NCBI GenBank assembly: GCA_030141605.1 | Contig: JAQGDQ010000061.1 | Span: 686,757 to 750,756 of the forward strand | Length of the DNA stretch: 64,000 bases | From: Tubiluchus corallicola | Lineage: Eukaryota; Animalia; Priapulida | Direction of reading: 5' to 3' | In this document: piece by piece, positions 37,498 to 52,734 of the stretch | Layout of the letters: every line of letters starts with the position of its first letter | How positions within the stretch are numbered: position 1 is the stretch's first letter | Made by a program: the position numbers and the translations under genes | Notes under the pieces: model-generated | The model's input: the letters and a program-made list of their open reading frames with translations, nothing else | What the model was told of the DNA's origin: nothing | The model's database searches: none

Positions 37498-40400
37498 CTC
37501 GTTGGTTTGGAAGTTGGCCTCGACGTGCAGTTTTTCTGCAAATGTCGTTAAAGGATTCGCACGAAAGCCAAATATAGCAGCTGCGCGAATTCAGCGGTTA
37601 CACTTGTAAAACAGCTGATCTCTAATTGAACTATTAAGACACAAAAATGCATAGTTAATGAACATAGAAGTGAATATGCATAGTTTATGAATATACGACA
37701 CCGGAACACCACTAAAGATAAATAGTTCCTTGCGCGTGCTCTCGAATGTCTTTCTTTCAAACTATGCAGGCTAACCCTCGTGCCTTATTGCATAAGCCTC
37801 GGCTCGGGAAGATAAGGAGCTAAACAAATTGACAAAGAGGCGGTCAATTCGCCAATTGTTTGCAGAGATGAGTGAAGAGATACTAAACTGACAAATTCAC
37901 TTCACGAGAGTCTCTAAAACAAAGATCGCTGGCAAACGAAGATTTAGACTGAATCAAAGAAGTCAGAAAGAGGGCGGATCTAGAAACGCGGGGGAACCAT
38001 TTTACTTGTATGCAAGTACGACACCGATTCTTAACGTTTTTTACTCCATGTACCATTTAATGCACGTCCTAACATTATTTCCTCACCATATCTCTTTCCA
38101 ATACTCCAATATTTCGAATATTTAATACACTGCTCCTACACCCTTCCTGCCCTGTCAGAAATAAATATCATCCCTCTTTACCAAGGTTGTATAATTCTAT
38201 ATTGCGTAGTACATTCTATATTTACTTGGATTTATTTATAAAGATACAGGGAATATTTACAAATTTAATGGCAATATAGAATATATGCTGACGAAATCTA
38301 AAACTTAAATAGAACTCGGTTTTAATTATGATTTGTGACCTTCAAAAATGCCCTGTACGTTATGCAGCAGGACATTATGTTACATCCATAATACTTTAGA
38401 AGGTGATCTAGGAGTAGAACAAATAAAAGACACTTTCTGAATGAATGCAACTGCTTCCCTTTTCCAACTGGAACGAGTAACTGAGCATTTTTCCATCTCT
38501 AATTTATAGCAATGGGTAATAAATAACGCCTAACCACTCACAACTGCCACACGCAATTGTTACTGTGATATCAGAAAACCTCGCCCCAATTTCACGGACA
38601 GTTTAGCGGCTTTGTGGTTTCACACAGAAAAAGCAATTAACTGTGCAGCTTCCGACAAACAGCTTCATATTACTGCGCCGTGAAATTCTAATTACTGCAT
38701 CTGTGTCGCCTACAGCAAAATTAATCAATCTCCAATCTAGATAAATACGTTAATGATAGATAAGATTGCTTCCTGGGATGCCAGCAGCCAAATGCAAGTA
38801 GGCAATACACAATCAAACCGCAAACCATTAGACTCCACCGGCTGTTTTCACCTATAAAGCAAGACATCGAACATTTGCCTATTATCGTCCATTCGTCCAT
38901 GTTTAGCTTTTGTTTGAAATCTCTAACAATACAGTCTCTATCTACTCGACATTTTTAATAGTTTGTGCAAAATCTTAAATAAGTTCAAGAATTGAGAACG
39001 AACTATCTAACAATGAAGTGAACGCAATTACAAAATTTTCTTCACTGAGCCCTGACTAAAAAGAGACGAAATGTAAAAAGTAGAAAATGATCCCGATTTT
39101 GAACAAGAAAGTCTTTTGCAGCGCTATGGTTACTAGACAGCAAAGCTCTCCTGCACTAAATAATATCAATAATTATTAGTTTAGTATTTAAAACCCGTTC
39201 ATGCATACAGTCGATCATATGAATGTTGAAAACAGGACTTTAATTCTGTCAACTAAATTTACTTTTGTGACAAGAAGCTATACCTAGATGGCATTGTTAT
39301 ATATTTAATAGCGGGTCAACCCGTACATAAGTATAGGCGTCCTTGTGGTTTAATCATTTACACAAAAAACGATCTAACAATTTTAATAGATACGCAGGTG
39401 GGTAGATGGTTTCACCACGTTTAGCAAGCGTACAACTTGACATAACTAGTATACCCCACATATACGCTGTATACTACATCTATGGATAGGTTAACTTATT
39501 CCGCTTCAAACAGCAACCATTAACATCTCAAATTCATCAAGTAACTCATATTTTATAATCGTACATTACATATGATTCAATATCCCAAGTATGCTTGCTA
39601 TATGGTCAGTACTCAGCTAAATTAGAGGGATTGGGAATCAGTGTGATGAACTCTGCATACTTGACGGCAGGCTACACTTTCACATCTGTGTCCAATAAGA
39701 AGATTAGCACAAGCCTTTGTATAGGTCACCGAAAACAAGAGTGTGACAAGAACATCCGAGAACTCATGAACAGAACAAAAACTTTCCTAGAATTTCGCAT
39801 TAGCAATGAAAACCAACTAATTTAGCTGAATGAGTTCTTCCAGTTTTGTTATGAACCTTAATTAACTTTCCCGATAACTTTGTTAGTCCTCACAAGTCTT
39901 TCGTTTTGTCCACACACAAATGGATCTCTGTCTGATATGAAGCACAAAAGCGTCTTAATTACACGAAATCCACACAAAGCCAGCGTTAAAACCCAAGTGT
40001 CACAATGCGCTATCAACGTCTCTCCACACATGCGGAACTGAAGCCAATGAAGGAAGGTTGCCAGGGAAGCCAAGCTGCAATGCCTGAAAGCACAACGCCT
40101 GAAGTAAGTATTTGATAGGCGTCTGCATTGAGAAAATCACTGGATGCATAACAGACACGAATGAACGAGTAACGCGGGCACTGGCCTTTTCAAAATGTTC
40201 AACACGGCTTACTGTGAAGCACATTGTTTTTTCGAAAATAAAGCTCTGAGGCAGGTCCTTGCGAATTTCGAGGGTGCAAGTAATACTAGGGTAGCTCAAT
40301 CTTAAACCATGCATGATCAACTGAACTATATACTGTACCCACACGACTGTCCTGCATAACGTTTGATTATTCGTTGGGACAGACCAGAAGCTGAAGTGTT

Positions 40401-43400
40401 CAAATCACACGTCGATAAAATGTTGTGATGTACCCTGTTATTGTCGTCGTTGTTGGTGTGACGCCTGTTTTTAATTTTGTTTAAAAAGGAACAGACGCGC
40501 CACACTAAAACGAATGCAGCGATCTCTGGGTTTACTTATTCATTTTCATCATCATCACCATATGCCAGTTATGTCGATTGTATACATTGGCCAGGAAGAA
40601 CTCTAAAATAAAAGAAATATGCCCTCAAGGTAAACACAGCAGTTAATCCAGCTAAAAAACTAGACACCGCTATGCCAGTGGATTGTCAGCACCACTTGCA
40701 ATAGTGGAAATCTCATTCACAAGTTGGAAAGAAGCCGCCTAGGCTGTAGTGCATCATACAAGCACTGCGTGCAAGCTGTATGAGCACTTACAAGAAGCCG
40801 ACACTGGTACTTGACAACGTAGAATTAACATTGGTACGTTGAAAAAACAAAGGTAACCTATTCATCAACCTAGAATCGCATAATTACATAAGATAATGCA
40901 TAGCCTAATAGTAGTAGGCTAGATATGACAATTATAGGAAGACAAAATCTATTTTTTGTGGTTTTACCTCAGCTATATCAAGTAGCCGACAAGTAAATAG
41001 CTTTCAATTGAAATAAAAAAGTATAAAGTCAAAAACAACTCTCTGAAGTCACGGAGTTCTGGTGAAAGATAATTACCGATATCTGACAAGGCAAACAACC
41101 ATGCAAGCACAATAGAAGTGTTGAGGGAAGGTTCTGCTGAATTCCAAGATTTATAATTTAAAAAGCTTTGAGGACGAAGATTTACGAAGTTTTGGGTATT
41201 TAGGTCTGGTGAAAGATAATTGTCTATATTGTCAACTAGGCCACAGATGATTGATGCAAATTTTACACGCAAATAGACAAGACTGCTAAACGCCCTCTTA
41301 GTGTACTTTTTGGTGTCTGGCTTCGTACCACTGTAATGGTTTATCAAGGCCTCTATTTTTGTTAAACATCGCGAGTGGTTACAACAGACTAAATCGCTCC
41401 TTATCCTCTAGAAAAATGTAACCATTCCACCCTGGTGATGCCAAACTGGATGTGTGTTTACAAAAAGATGATGGAAACTGTCTTCCAGACCAGAACGTGA
41501 AGAGGAAATACAGCTAAATATTGTGGGCGAGGCTGGGCTTATTAAATGGAGCTGTTTACTTAAAAAATAAAACAATTACACGCCAGTTGAAGATACCTAA
41601 AATGGCAAAAGTGTCGGTCGGTGAGCAGCAAATGTGGCAATGAGAGGGACGAATGAAAGAGGAAAAGAGAAAACCAGAGAAGCTGTGTCGATGTATTGGC
41701 ACCAACGCCTTCGTCGTCACCGTTGATTTTGCAGCAGCAGTTTTCACATCGACACACTCTGGCGCCCTTTTCACTCATCTTCCCTATTTCTTTTTTTTCA
41801 ATTTCTTCTTTCTCAAGCGGTTGCATTGTCATTTTTAGGTCGGCTTTAATACACGCAATTATAATTGAGTTACAGTGTTAAGTATAATTCCATGTATTAA
41901 AGCTGCTTAGTTGAGGGCTTTTAAAAAGGTCACACAGTTTAGGCCCCACCAGCCACACAGCTCAAATAAAAGCTTTAACCCCAGTATTATCACATTATGT
42001 TTCAGAGGGGCTGCAATTCTAGAATTACCCAAATGTGGAAAGAAATTTTCCCATCTCACGGTAGTGCAGTAGCACCATTAGGTATAGTGTAAAAGCCACA
42101 CTCAGGAACATATACGAGATAAGATCCATTCAGTGGCACAAAAATCTATCTCAAATCTGATATCGAATTAACTTTACTCCCAGTAAACGAGCTCTTACGA
42201 AAATGCCAACAAGAGGTGAAGTATTTTTGCCCACTCTGCAAAACCACCAACTCTGCCATGCAGCTTGCGTATATATCTTACCAAATGTGATTTGATTATC
42301 TTCAGCTACCGACGTCTCTCCTGTCAAATCCAGACACATCGACTTTTAAACGGCTCAAGTAGTTTGTGTATATTTCTCTCAAAAACATGGAAAAAGACGG
42401 CTTGCAACAAGCAAAACAATTTCTGCCCAAAATCTGACGTCTTTACAGTCGCCATTTTTCACTCAATCCGTTTAGGCTCTGGAATGATGAACGGCCGTCC
42501 ATGTAAAATATTACAGGTTTGTCGGAAAAAGTGACGTAATTGAAATTTATGGTAGCGCCAAATTGATAAATTGGAAAATCATTTTGCAGCAGCAGAACCT
42601 TTCTAAATTTCACACAAGCACAAATGGTAAGACTAAATCCCCGGGCTGAAATTATGAATGTGGAATGGTTAATTATTAGCACTTTCACATTATGATATTC
42701 AAGATACTGTCGAATATAGTCGGCAACGTATTCTTTGATTATTTCGAATATCCGTCTCAGGCATTTTAATACATATTCTTGTAATAATGATGATTCTGAT
42801 GAATCTTAATTTTTAGTACTATTTATACGCACAATTTAGAACATGTATATTGTCTCTGATGAAACAAAGGCAGTACAATAACAAAAATTATTCAGTTGTG
42901 CTACTTAATTACTTCCTACTAGTATCACTTGGAGTCCAGCTTCAAAGTTCCAAACCTCCTACTGGGCCACAAGTTCAAATCAAAGCACCACGTCTTCAGT
43001 TATTTTCAAATTTGCAAAAACGTTAAGAGATCAATTCATAAAACTCTAAACACAAAAATGAAAAATGTCGACAAAACGAAAAAAATTAAAAAAGATAAAC
43101 GTAAGTAATGTGTCTGTCTAGTGATTACTTAGGCCAGTCAGTCAGCCAGCCATCATCTAAGACGACTATCCACAATGGTTTAACAAAAACGGGATAATGC
43201 ACTCAAAGTACATTTTACAGTCATGAAATGGAAGCAATGAATAATTAATAGACTTCGCCACATCAGAGGCTGGGCACCCCTGATTCCGCCAGCGACGGCA
43301 TAGTTTTAATCAAAGTTTAATGGAGAAAATTTTACGAATATTAAAGATAACAGTCTATAAACTGATTCAATGATTAGCTGAAGCCTATCAATGTTTTTGC

Positions 43401-44429
43401 CTATAGTACTTGTATAGTTTAGTTTTTGCCTACAAAAGCAATTTGTCAAACGTTAAAAGTTAAAATCAGTTGTAAATCTTTCGTATTACTTTTGGATTGA
43501 TAAAAATTATCACATTATCACTTGTCTGATACATTTCAAAATCGCAATCCAGTAGGCGTGTACAAATTACAAGTTTCGTGACAGACTATTCATTATCAAA
43601 GTCTCAGAAATCAGAGCTTTAACATTACTTGATTGTTACACAAAAAGACTATCAAAATGTTAGTAAGTGATCAAGAATAGTTTCCAGAACAGACTAAAAC
43701 ATACCTGGTTGTACGCCTTTAGTTCTTTACATCCGGTTATAGGACGCACATTTGAAGGTGAATTCGAATAACTCACGCTGCGATCAACTAATATTTATCT
43801 AATGAAATTTAACGCAATTCACCATTAATAGCAATACTAAAATGAACAATATGGTGATGGCTTGCCATTAACTTATAAGTTACCGATGGGTTGGTTGGAA
43901 TATTATTTCATACACCCCTTCCTGGACTACCTCTTTTGCAAACTTGTATAACCGGAACAGGTTATAATAATTCCTCCTGCAGACAGATGTGATCGACCTT
44001 TGACTGCTAGTATTAAACAGGTGGATTGACTCTTTAGAAAAACAGTTTTAAGTTATATACGTGCCTGTCTAAAAGCTAACAGAAATTAAAACACATACAG
44101 ATAACGCTAGCAGCTCAGCTAAAGATCATATGTAAACGAAGGCATCTCTAGTTCTGGTGAGGATGTGGATGGATGATAGCAAACTATTTTGGCTTTACTT
44201 AATTTTTTACTGCCTTAGACTGGTAAATCCTATTTGGACCGACAGCAGACTCGGTATTATGTAATAGTTAATAAATATAGACGTAGACACGGTCCAAATT
44301 TGTTCCCTAGCCAGTGTAACAGTGTACTAACAAGACTCGACGTTTATACATGAACATGTTTTGAATACCGAAGTACACCTAACAGAACAAGCAAAATCAA
44401 AACCTTATGATTAAAAAAAAACTTGCGAA

Positions 44430-44570
44430 ATATGCAAGTGGTACGTTGGCTGCCAATCTAGGGATTGTGGGTTCGAATTCCTAGTACGTCTGGATTTTTC
44501 GAGCCATTTGTTATTCGAACAAGAGTCTCTGGCCGCTGTCTAGGCCTACTCAGCCATGAGTACCAGGAAA
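44430..44570 (+). mobile_element. tRNA-derived SINE with a conserved-domain-like central motif
   Basis: CAAGTGGTA...GTGGGTTCGAATTCC (B box), then GGCCTACTCAGCC ATGAGTACCAGG, resembling the CACTCAGC...ATGAGTACC motif of Deu/Nin-type SINEs. Confidence 0.5.
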
Positions 44571-46059
44571 GAAAAAAGGAGGTAAATAACAACCTGTCCT
44601 CCTTGTGTTCGGAGGTTTCGAAAATGGATGCTGCAACTTTTCATCCCAATGCTACACGTCTGGCATGGAGCCATTCTTTCTTTAAAGCCAAGCTGAATAA
44701 AAATGACTTTTCAGTAGAAAAATATTCTCATTTGGATCGAGTTAGCCAAAGCAAACAGTATAGTCCTATTCACTGAGATTTTATCAACACCAATCCATCC
44801 ACCAGGATGGTTTGCACTTCACCACGTGGAATTCCTTGGAATTTCCGCTGCACCACTTCCGCCTAACGCCCCCCCCCCCCAAATACCACATTAAAACCAG
44901 CAGGGACTGTCGAACATCTGCTCCTCTTTAATTCCAGAATGTTAACGAGTTCTGATTTGAAGCCAGAAAGAGTTGCCAACTAGTCTAAATTAGAGCATTG
45001 AGGAAGTCCATTGGTGTCCCTTGCAAACAAGGAGCAATTACAGCTTCTGATTTAAAGGAAGTGATAACGAGGTAGTATAATTATTATAAGGAATATTGGT
45101 GTGGTATGCATTATAAAACGATCATAATACATGTAAATTACACTGTTTTTGTTTAAATTATATATATGTAGTATATGTATCAAAATTCCACTATATTATG
45201 TATGAGATCCTTAACTTCAAGATCAAGATAATCAAGAATTTATAATCATATTATAAAACAACTGGAAAAGCTCTTCCAGAGCCCACTAGTGATGCAAAAA
45301 GATGGCTATAAATTAAAATTGCGTATAAACAAAACTGACATTAGATGAGGCGTTACATGAAAAGTCGATCACAGTTTATGCGCGTTTTATGCTAAGAACA
45401 CAATTCAGATGCATAAGATACCATGAATATGTATAATGTGTATGTCTTGTACATTACATGTTATATAAACCAGTATGGCTGTACACCTTGTATATTTACT
45501 ATTATACCATGCGTGCAATTAAGTCAAAATCTCCATTAGAAGTCCATTAATCTAATTAGGACATTAGTGTTCATCGCTATGCTATCGTCATTTTCAAGTT
45601 GAATTAACACGTTTAATGGAGTTATGACACTCAGCGCGTCCTCGATGATTCACCTTTGACGTTGCGTGAAAATTTTTTACATATTTACAGCTGCTGTAGG
45701 TCAAATAACAAATGCATTTTTAGAATTTCTGTAAATTTGTATTTAGTACGAAACGATTTCTATATTCTGCAAAAAATCCATTTCTATATTCTATACGCAC
45801 AGAAACAAAGACAATTTGTCAAAAGTGATCACTGTTGACAGAGCAACGTTGGACTTGATTAGTAAATAGATGGGTGACTGTTGGAGAACACCTATTCGGC
45901 TATCGATTCATTAAAAGAGGATGTAAAATTTTGCAAACGCATCCGAATGTGGCGAAGATGCATCTCCCGGTTGAATATCACTTTTCAAAGGATTACCCTT
46001 AATAATGGACTATATTCCGGTCCTACCGCAACACCAAAACAAAAGGTATGCACTGCCAA

Positions 46060-46222
46060 TAAGACCGAGTGAAGAAATTCCTCATAAAACTTTCAAGAAT
46101 ATAACGAAGAAAAGACGAATAAACAGCCGAGCAGAAAACGAACAAACAAACAAGCAGACAAACAAGCACATACAAACGCGATAACTTGAAATAGTTATAG
46201 ACTTACAGAATTTATATAAATC
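46060..46222 (-). mobile_element. Possible non-autonomous Helitron/Helentron-associated fragment
   Basis: Reverse strand TTTATATAAATT...TGTTTGTCTGCTTGTTTGTTTGTTCG...CTCGGCTG: a GTYT tetranucleotide array near a TATA-rich end. Confidence 0.3.
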
Positions 46223-47732
46223 ACACACACACATTTTATAATTCATCTAAAACGACAAAAGTGCGAGAACAAAACGTGAAACAAATAGAAAAAGCATTGG
46301 CAATGTAAAAAACGGCCATTTACTGACAAAAACAAAGCACTGCTCTTGCTAGCATGTACTTTGCGGAATGGCACACACTAGCACAATCCATTGACAATGA
46401 TTACCGGACACACATTACCCAAGTTTGCATTCAACTTGAACTCTACAATCTGCATTGCAATACAGCTAGGTAGGTAAACCCATTCGACACAGTGGCAAAC
46501 AGTGGCTAAGAGAAATTATTAGTAATAAAATGGTGTAATTTATGCAGCTATGCCAGCATGCAACTGTGACTGTCTTTTTCTCTGATCGTTACTCAATGAT
46601 AAGGAAAAACTGTCCTCAGGAGGGAGAACAAGTAAAGGCACCTTGACTAATAACAGGTGTGCAAAATGCACACGCCAATAAATTTAATGAACAAAGAAAA
46701 ATATTCGCTTAGGGTTAAGAATTACATTTGCACAAGGAGCTGCAGGAGGCCAGCACCACTAATTATTTAAATCTTCTCTTATTTGATTTTAAATGTAAAA
46801 AACATTCACCTGGCTAGTACGTAATGGGCATTACACGCTGGGTAATGCGTATTTAATCATTTTCCAGGATTCTATAACTTACAATGGCCAAGTTTTGCTA
46901 ATTCAAAATGATAAGTTGGAAGGATATTAATCAGTTAATGTTATAATAACTAATATCAATCAATAATAATAATTATTATAAGTTCGGTATAAATTGATTA
47001 GGTGGACATAGAAATTCCTTTACGTACACTCGTTTTTGTAAAGTGTGTAAATTTTATGTGTGACTGGCTTCTTCTATTTCTTTTAATATGCACATGTTGT
47101 CTATTGAAACAAACAAGAATTTAATGGAACCATATTTCAAGTGAACAGACACTAGTTCTTCCGCCGAACTCTGCTGTCGCTTATTATACATCTATGTAAG
47201 CACAGGTTGTAGTGGTTTTCATAATAATTTTGAACCGGTATGTAAAATGTCATTTAAGATATAACACCATGGGTTCAAAATTATATTGTGAACGAGTAAT
47301 CTGAGCAATAAAGTAGATTAAGATTATAGCCGCACAGAAAAACAACTGTAGTAGCCGATGCAATAACATACAGAGCTGCATTGTTCTGTAAAGTTATTTC
47401 CTCAGTCATTATCCCTTAGTTGCATAATAGTATGATATAATATTCTAACTGCACAAGCAGAGAATTCTATTATCCAATACATTCATCAAGTCGTCTCTAT
47501 ATCCCATTAGCGATGATGGTAATGTTCCATAATGTGCTTTACTACTCGTATATTGAACTCTGAAGGCTCGTTAAAATACAAAAAAGCGTCAATCCACATG
47601 AATGAGGTATATAATTCTGCAAAACAAATAATTAGAGATTTTGCTGCAAATGGATTTTATACGCAGTAGGAAAACACCAAGGTGAATTCTAGAATCACAA
47701 ACTCATCAATTTAAAAAAAAGGTGCACTAGAA

Positions 47733-48540
47733 CCATGCTGATGTGGATATACTGGATTGTATAAAAACCAAATTAATGTCGGACAAAAATTGGAGCTACG
47801 GAATTATAATTTATAATACTAGTTTTACGTCATTATGATATCATAATGAACACACGTCGAACCCAATTTTTAAAAACCTATGCTTACTTAAACTGCAGCA
47901 TGTTGTAACTATGAGACAATTAAAATTTTATTTTGACTCATGTAATTATTTACTCCCTACTTACTTCTACTCTATACCTGTTGCTAGAGGTGTAGATCTC
48001 CACTCGTATAATACTCGTTATAAAGATGACATACGTCCACCTGTTCACGAACATGTTTTTGCTGAAAGAACCCTTAAGGATATTATTTATGCACAAAGGT
48101 CCAATACTCCACAGTGGTTTATTAGTAAGGTTTTTACTAATTCTCACAAAGGATTAAAAAAAGTATAACAAAAATTTCTTTTTGGACACATATTCCTTCT
48201 CTTGTAATATTAGTGATTGTTATGTGTGTGAACTATACTCTTGAAATATAATAATTGTGATTAGTTTTTAGCTCAGTAATCATTTTTTGTAATAGACATA
48301 ATTGACGTGTTTTTTCTTTGCATAATAATGCATGTAAGATTGCCATGGTCTCACATTTCATTATTATCTATACTTATTACAGAACTCTGCAATGGGTCAC
48401 TTTACTTTGGGTACACGTTATGCGGTGGTCTTTTGAAGTTTTCACCTTTTACAGGTCTCCTTGGTCAATTTATTGTGTTGTGTCTTTTCTTATTACTGTG
48501 TTAATTTGTTATGACTAAAATAAATACATAAATATCAAAA
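47733..48540 (+). mobile_element. 5'-truncated CR1/L2-group LINE: ORF2 C-terminus plus 3' UTR
   Basis: HVEPIFKNLCLLKLQHV...QLKFYF...LPTYF...HSYNTR...HEHVFAERTLK...NTPQWFISKVFTNS, then SCNISDCYVC (48200-48229), an AT-rich UTR and an AATAAA tail. Confidence 0.75.
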
Positions 48541-50067
48541 AATGAAGAAGTCCAATTCACTTTAAGCGACAAAGACGACATTTATGTACCGTCGCTCATT
48601 TAACAGACAACATTAACACTAACAGCTATTTAACAACTTACACAACAATAGTCACAATGATGCAACATACAAATATAACGAACACCATATAGGGTATATG
48701 CCTAGCATTGGCAGTCGCTAGTCCCGAACTCAAGATTACGTGGTTGCAGTCCGAATCTAGGCTACTCGCTCATCCAATCCAAGGAAAACAAAATAAAGTG
48801 TCGTAAAAAGCACCGAAACTGTGAACTTGAGCGAGTTTTTCATAATATGCAGTCTCTGCTGTAATTTCTGTTTGTAATTTGTAAGTTAATGACGTACACT
48901 TCCGGCAGTTGTAGTAGTACAATCTCATGCTATATGACTTAACACTCAATCACATTTTATTGTGATTTAATCGGTATATTTCAAAATATCAAACATATTG
49001 CTATACTGCGCTGTTTCTTCTGGAACACCCTATACAATAAAAAACTAAGTACATCATAGTATTACGTAATTTGTTTTTATTATCCAAAATATGGACTACC
49101 CAAGTGTGCCTGTTACATCTTGAAAAGAAAAGCACAAATTTCATACAAATATGCCTTGACAATTATACAGATAAATACAAGTCTTATATGTAAAATAATT
49201 CTTGAACCAATCCACTGCACGAATTAAGGCCTTTTAGAATGTTTAGAAGATTGCTTGAATAACTGAATTTTGTAGCTCCGCTGTAAAATCTTAACAGGCT
49301 CCATGCATCATTTTTTATATCAGATTATTTAGATTGACAGGCAACGTTTCACACGAACCTTAGCTTCTTGTGGGTCTGTGTACAGGAAGAGGCGGTTTCG
49401 TCAACGAATAACATGCTGTGGTCATGCTTTTATAAAAAACTCCATTCTCCACCCAGAAACCTCAAAACATGCAGCAGAACACGACGAACAAGTCACAGAT
49501 CATTAACAGAACGTTAAAACGTTCATAAACATTCCATGTTATCCTTTCATCTTTAGGTTTCGATCCGCACGCCTAAAGAATATTTGTTTTGCCATTTTCA
49601 TTTAGCCAACTGTAGAGCATTGGCAATACCCGGAACGCAATGGAGCAAGGGCTTTCTAATTCCACTGCACCAATTGTTGTTTTCCTACGTTTGACAGGAA
49701 GCAATAACAGTGTCATTTTCCATTGATTCATGGCAACAGCCACTTTTGCAGCCAGTCTCGGGTGAAAATATCGTCGACAGGCAGCATTATTGATGATAAT
49801 GTAGCCTAAAGTAAAGGTCTGCATTTCGTATGAATGTTCTTCAAAAAGTTGTAAGCCATGCATTAAGAATTTAAGCACTTCTGTATTGTCTGTGATGTAT
49901 AAAGATTCGCGCACAATGTATATGATATTTTGAAACTCAATTATCTTGTACGGCAAATGAATTTAATGCACTGTTCTGGTTCCTGTTGCTCAAAATAATT
50001 GATTTAAAAGATCAAAAATCAAATGCTATAGAAATATATGGAGTAAAATATAACAAATACCTACTGG

Positions 50068-50226
50068 TAACTACTTAATTAGTGCATAATAGGCTCTGCA
50101 TATATAAACTGGTTGTATGTTTGTAAATTTGCCACTCATGATGACAGCAGTAGTCTGTCGAAACGTTTGGCATGATTTTAACTATGTAAAGTAAAAGTGT
50201 TAATAAAGTTGTATTGTTTTAACTAC
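50068..50226 (+). mobile_element. Penelope-like terminal repeat fragment, copy 1 (hammerhead motif with core substitution)
   Basis: Homologous to 52735-52930 and 53053-53228. TGCCA-CTCATGA-T-GACAG..CTGTC-GAAACGTT-TGGCA, followed by AATAAAGTTG. Confidence 0.7.
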
Positions 50227-52734
50227 AAATAAATACCTTTCATGCAGAAAAGAGAAGTGGGCTTAAGAAACCGTTTTTGAAGAAGAGACTGAAGACTATA
50301 AATTTGAGGACATCGAATATAATTGCATGAGTTAAGGTCTCCAAGAATGATTGCTGTTATAGAATGCCTAGTAGTGGAATTTATAGCTTCGTTGTAAAAT
50401 ATGTACGAAGGCCTATGTACCATTTTGTTTTGATATCAGATACACGCAACAACAGCAAAAAACTGTTGGAATTAATATAGATTGCCATGTACATCCTCAG
50501 CAATATGAGGATTATGATGTTTTGCTTGCACGTTTTTGAAAAATATTTTCAACACGTAGTGTTGGTGTAAGCTAACAATCAAAAAGCCCTTTAACTAAAT
50601 ACGATTACACGTGAAATTTCCTCTACACGTGAATATGACAACCTTGCTAACAAATATGAGCACGATATACATATCACAGAACTTCTGAAAATTTATTGCT
50701 TGAGATTTCATCTCCGTCCCCGTATGTTATTTTGGCTCAGCCATAAAAAACAGACGGTGGTGTTACCCATCCCAGATATTCCTCTAAAGAAGTCATAAAA
50801 ATCATGAGCACCAAAAAACGTGTTCTCAAAGGAATGAACTGCAGCACAAAATGCCATCACCACCAACAAGAAACAGCTTGAAATAGTGGCTAGTTTCGCT
50901 TCAATTAATTTATTTGAACCTGCCTAAAGGTAAATGTTTCTCTGTACAGATATTGGGCACTCACAACCCAAGACCTTCTTGTACTTAACGAGGAAGTGGA
51001 TATTGTTCCTTAGTCCATACGAACGTCCTCCACTCCTGAAAGGCCATCACTTCCGTCTCACTGTGTTACGAAGCAGCAAACTTCAAACATCTGAGCAATT
51101 CCAAAAACCGAATAACGAACTGGAAGCACGTCACAAAACTTGACCTACGATCCCAGTGGCCCAATTTGGCACCCAAACCCTGACATATCACCAGTACAGT
51201 GGCCTATCATGACACTGTCAGAATGTTTGCCTCATCGATACCAAAAGTAACATGCTCACACCGCTCCACTTTAATGCAGTTGTGCTTTCAACACAAAAAT
51301 TGCAAGTTATCATCTTTAAAAAGGGTACATCGGTTAATATGGCCTTTTAAACATAAACAGTTGCAAACAGCACAAATTAGAGATCCAATTAAGCGTGACC
51401 CACTGACCCATGTGCAAATAGATGTCCACTGTGCACTTACTCTGGCTTCTCTCCTGTACAGCTCTAATGAAAAGCCCTAATAAGTCAGTAACCTAAGTGT
51501 ACAGTGGGACTAGCAATGGTCCAGTAACCTAAGTATTGCGTGTGCGTGTAGTGTGTACGCATGAAATGCACCCACTTTTATTTGTGTTACTTAAAACCGT
51601 GATTGTTTGGATTCGTGCCCGCTAAATAAACTGCCTAATGTTTTGCTACATATCACAATTCCGCAGCATAAACAGCTGAACTACAGTGGGATTAATACAT
51701 TTTTAATGACCGACAGACAGCCTTGTTGTGTCTTCTGGAGTGCTTGGCAGATGATATTAAAGTGGAATTTTATCGATTCACAGGCTTCCAGGAAGTTCCG
51801 CTTGGCTGACAACAGCATAAACAGGGACGGACGGGATGAGAAGTTCGTCAAAGTACAACATGGAACCATTTTAGGAATAAAACATTTCTCATTATTACAA
51901 CCAGGAGATTATATTGTCTTATATTACTCAGGAGAAATCCCTACTATTTGTTTTCAGTCCTCAACCTATTGTGTATAGTGTCACAAACTTTGTGAATTAA
52001 ATTTCTCTACTTTAAAATAGACAGGCTATTAGACCTACATAAAGTATACAGTTTCTTGCCTCGAGCATAAGAGCTTATGCGTATAAGTGTAAACGTACAT
52101 TTCACCTTTTTTAAATACAATACGCAGGCAACTCATTGAATGTAAACCAATGCTGGGCCAGTTAAAATATTCAGAGAGACATACAGAAATAAAACTGTGA
52201 CATTTAAAAGATCACTTTTGTTGATTTAAACACGACTGCCAAACGCTCATTATCATGCAGTATTTTCAGCATCATTTGCTAAGGGAAATGACGTAATTCT
52301 AAACATGCAACTACATGTATGTATCAAAAAAGTACTTCTAAAATTAGTACTTATACTAAGCATATCTATGAAACAAAATTTTGTTAAGTGCCACCAGCTG
52401 GACCTGACTCCAAGACCTCCCAAGTTCACGTTTCCAATTGACCTCATTAACTGCAGTAACTTGGTTATTCGCAAGCCATTAGCACTGTCCACTGCACTGA
52501 ACTGCAGCTAATGACAGCCAGACATAACTTGTCAAGAGTTAAATGTGCTAAAAGCGAATGGTATGCTTGGAATGCGTTGCACGGAAGGGGAATGAAAGCA
52601 CGAAGAGGATTTTCTCTAGAATAAGGTTTTCTGAATACTAACAATGTCGATGATAATGATAGTCTTGGTAAAGAAGATGATTCGATTATAACATAAATCC
52701 AAGCCATTTTTATTACAGGCACATAAAAATATTT

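Noticed and set aside
41560-41832. Charged, Cys-containing ORF (CRCENCCCK) as a gene
   Set aside because: Short and low-complexity, with no supporting exon chain; possibly a transposase C-terminal relic but not supportable.
49000-49034. Tc1/mariner element from a TIR-like end (TTCTGGAACACCCTATA)
   Set aside because: No matching partner TIR or transposase found nearby.
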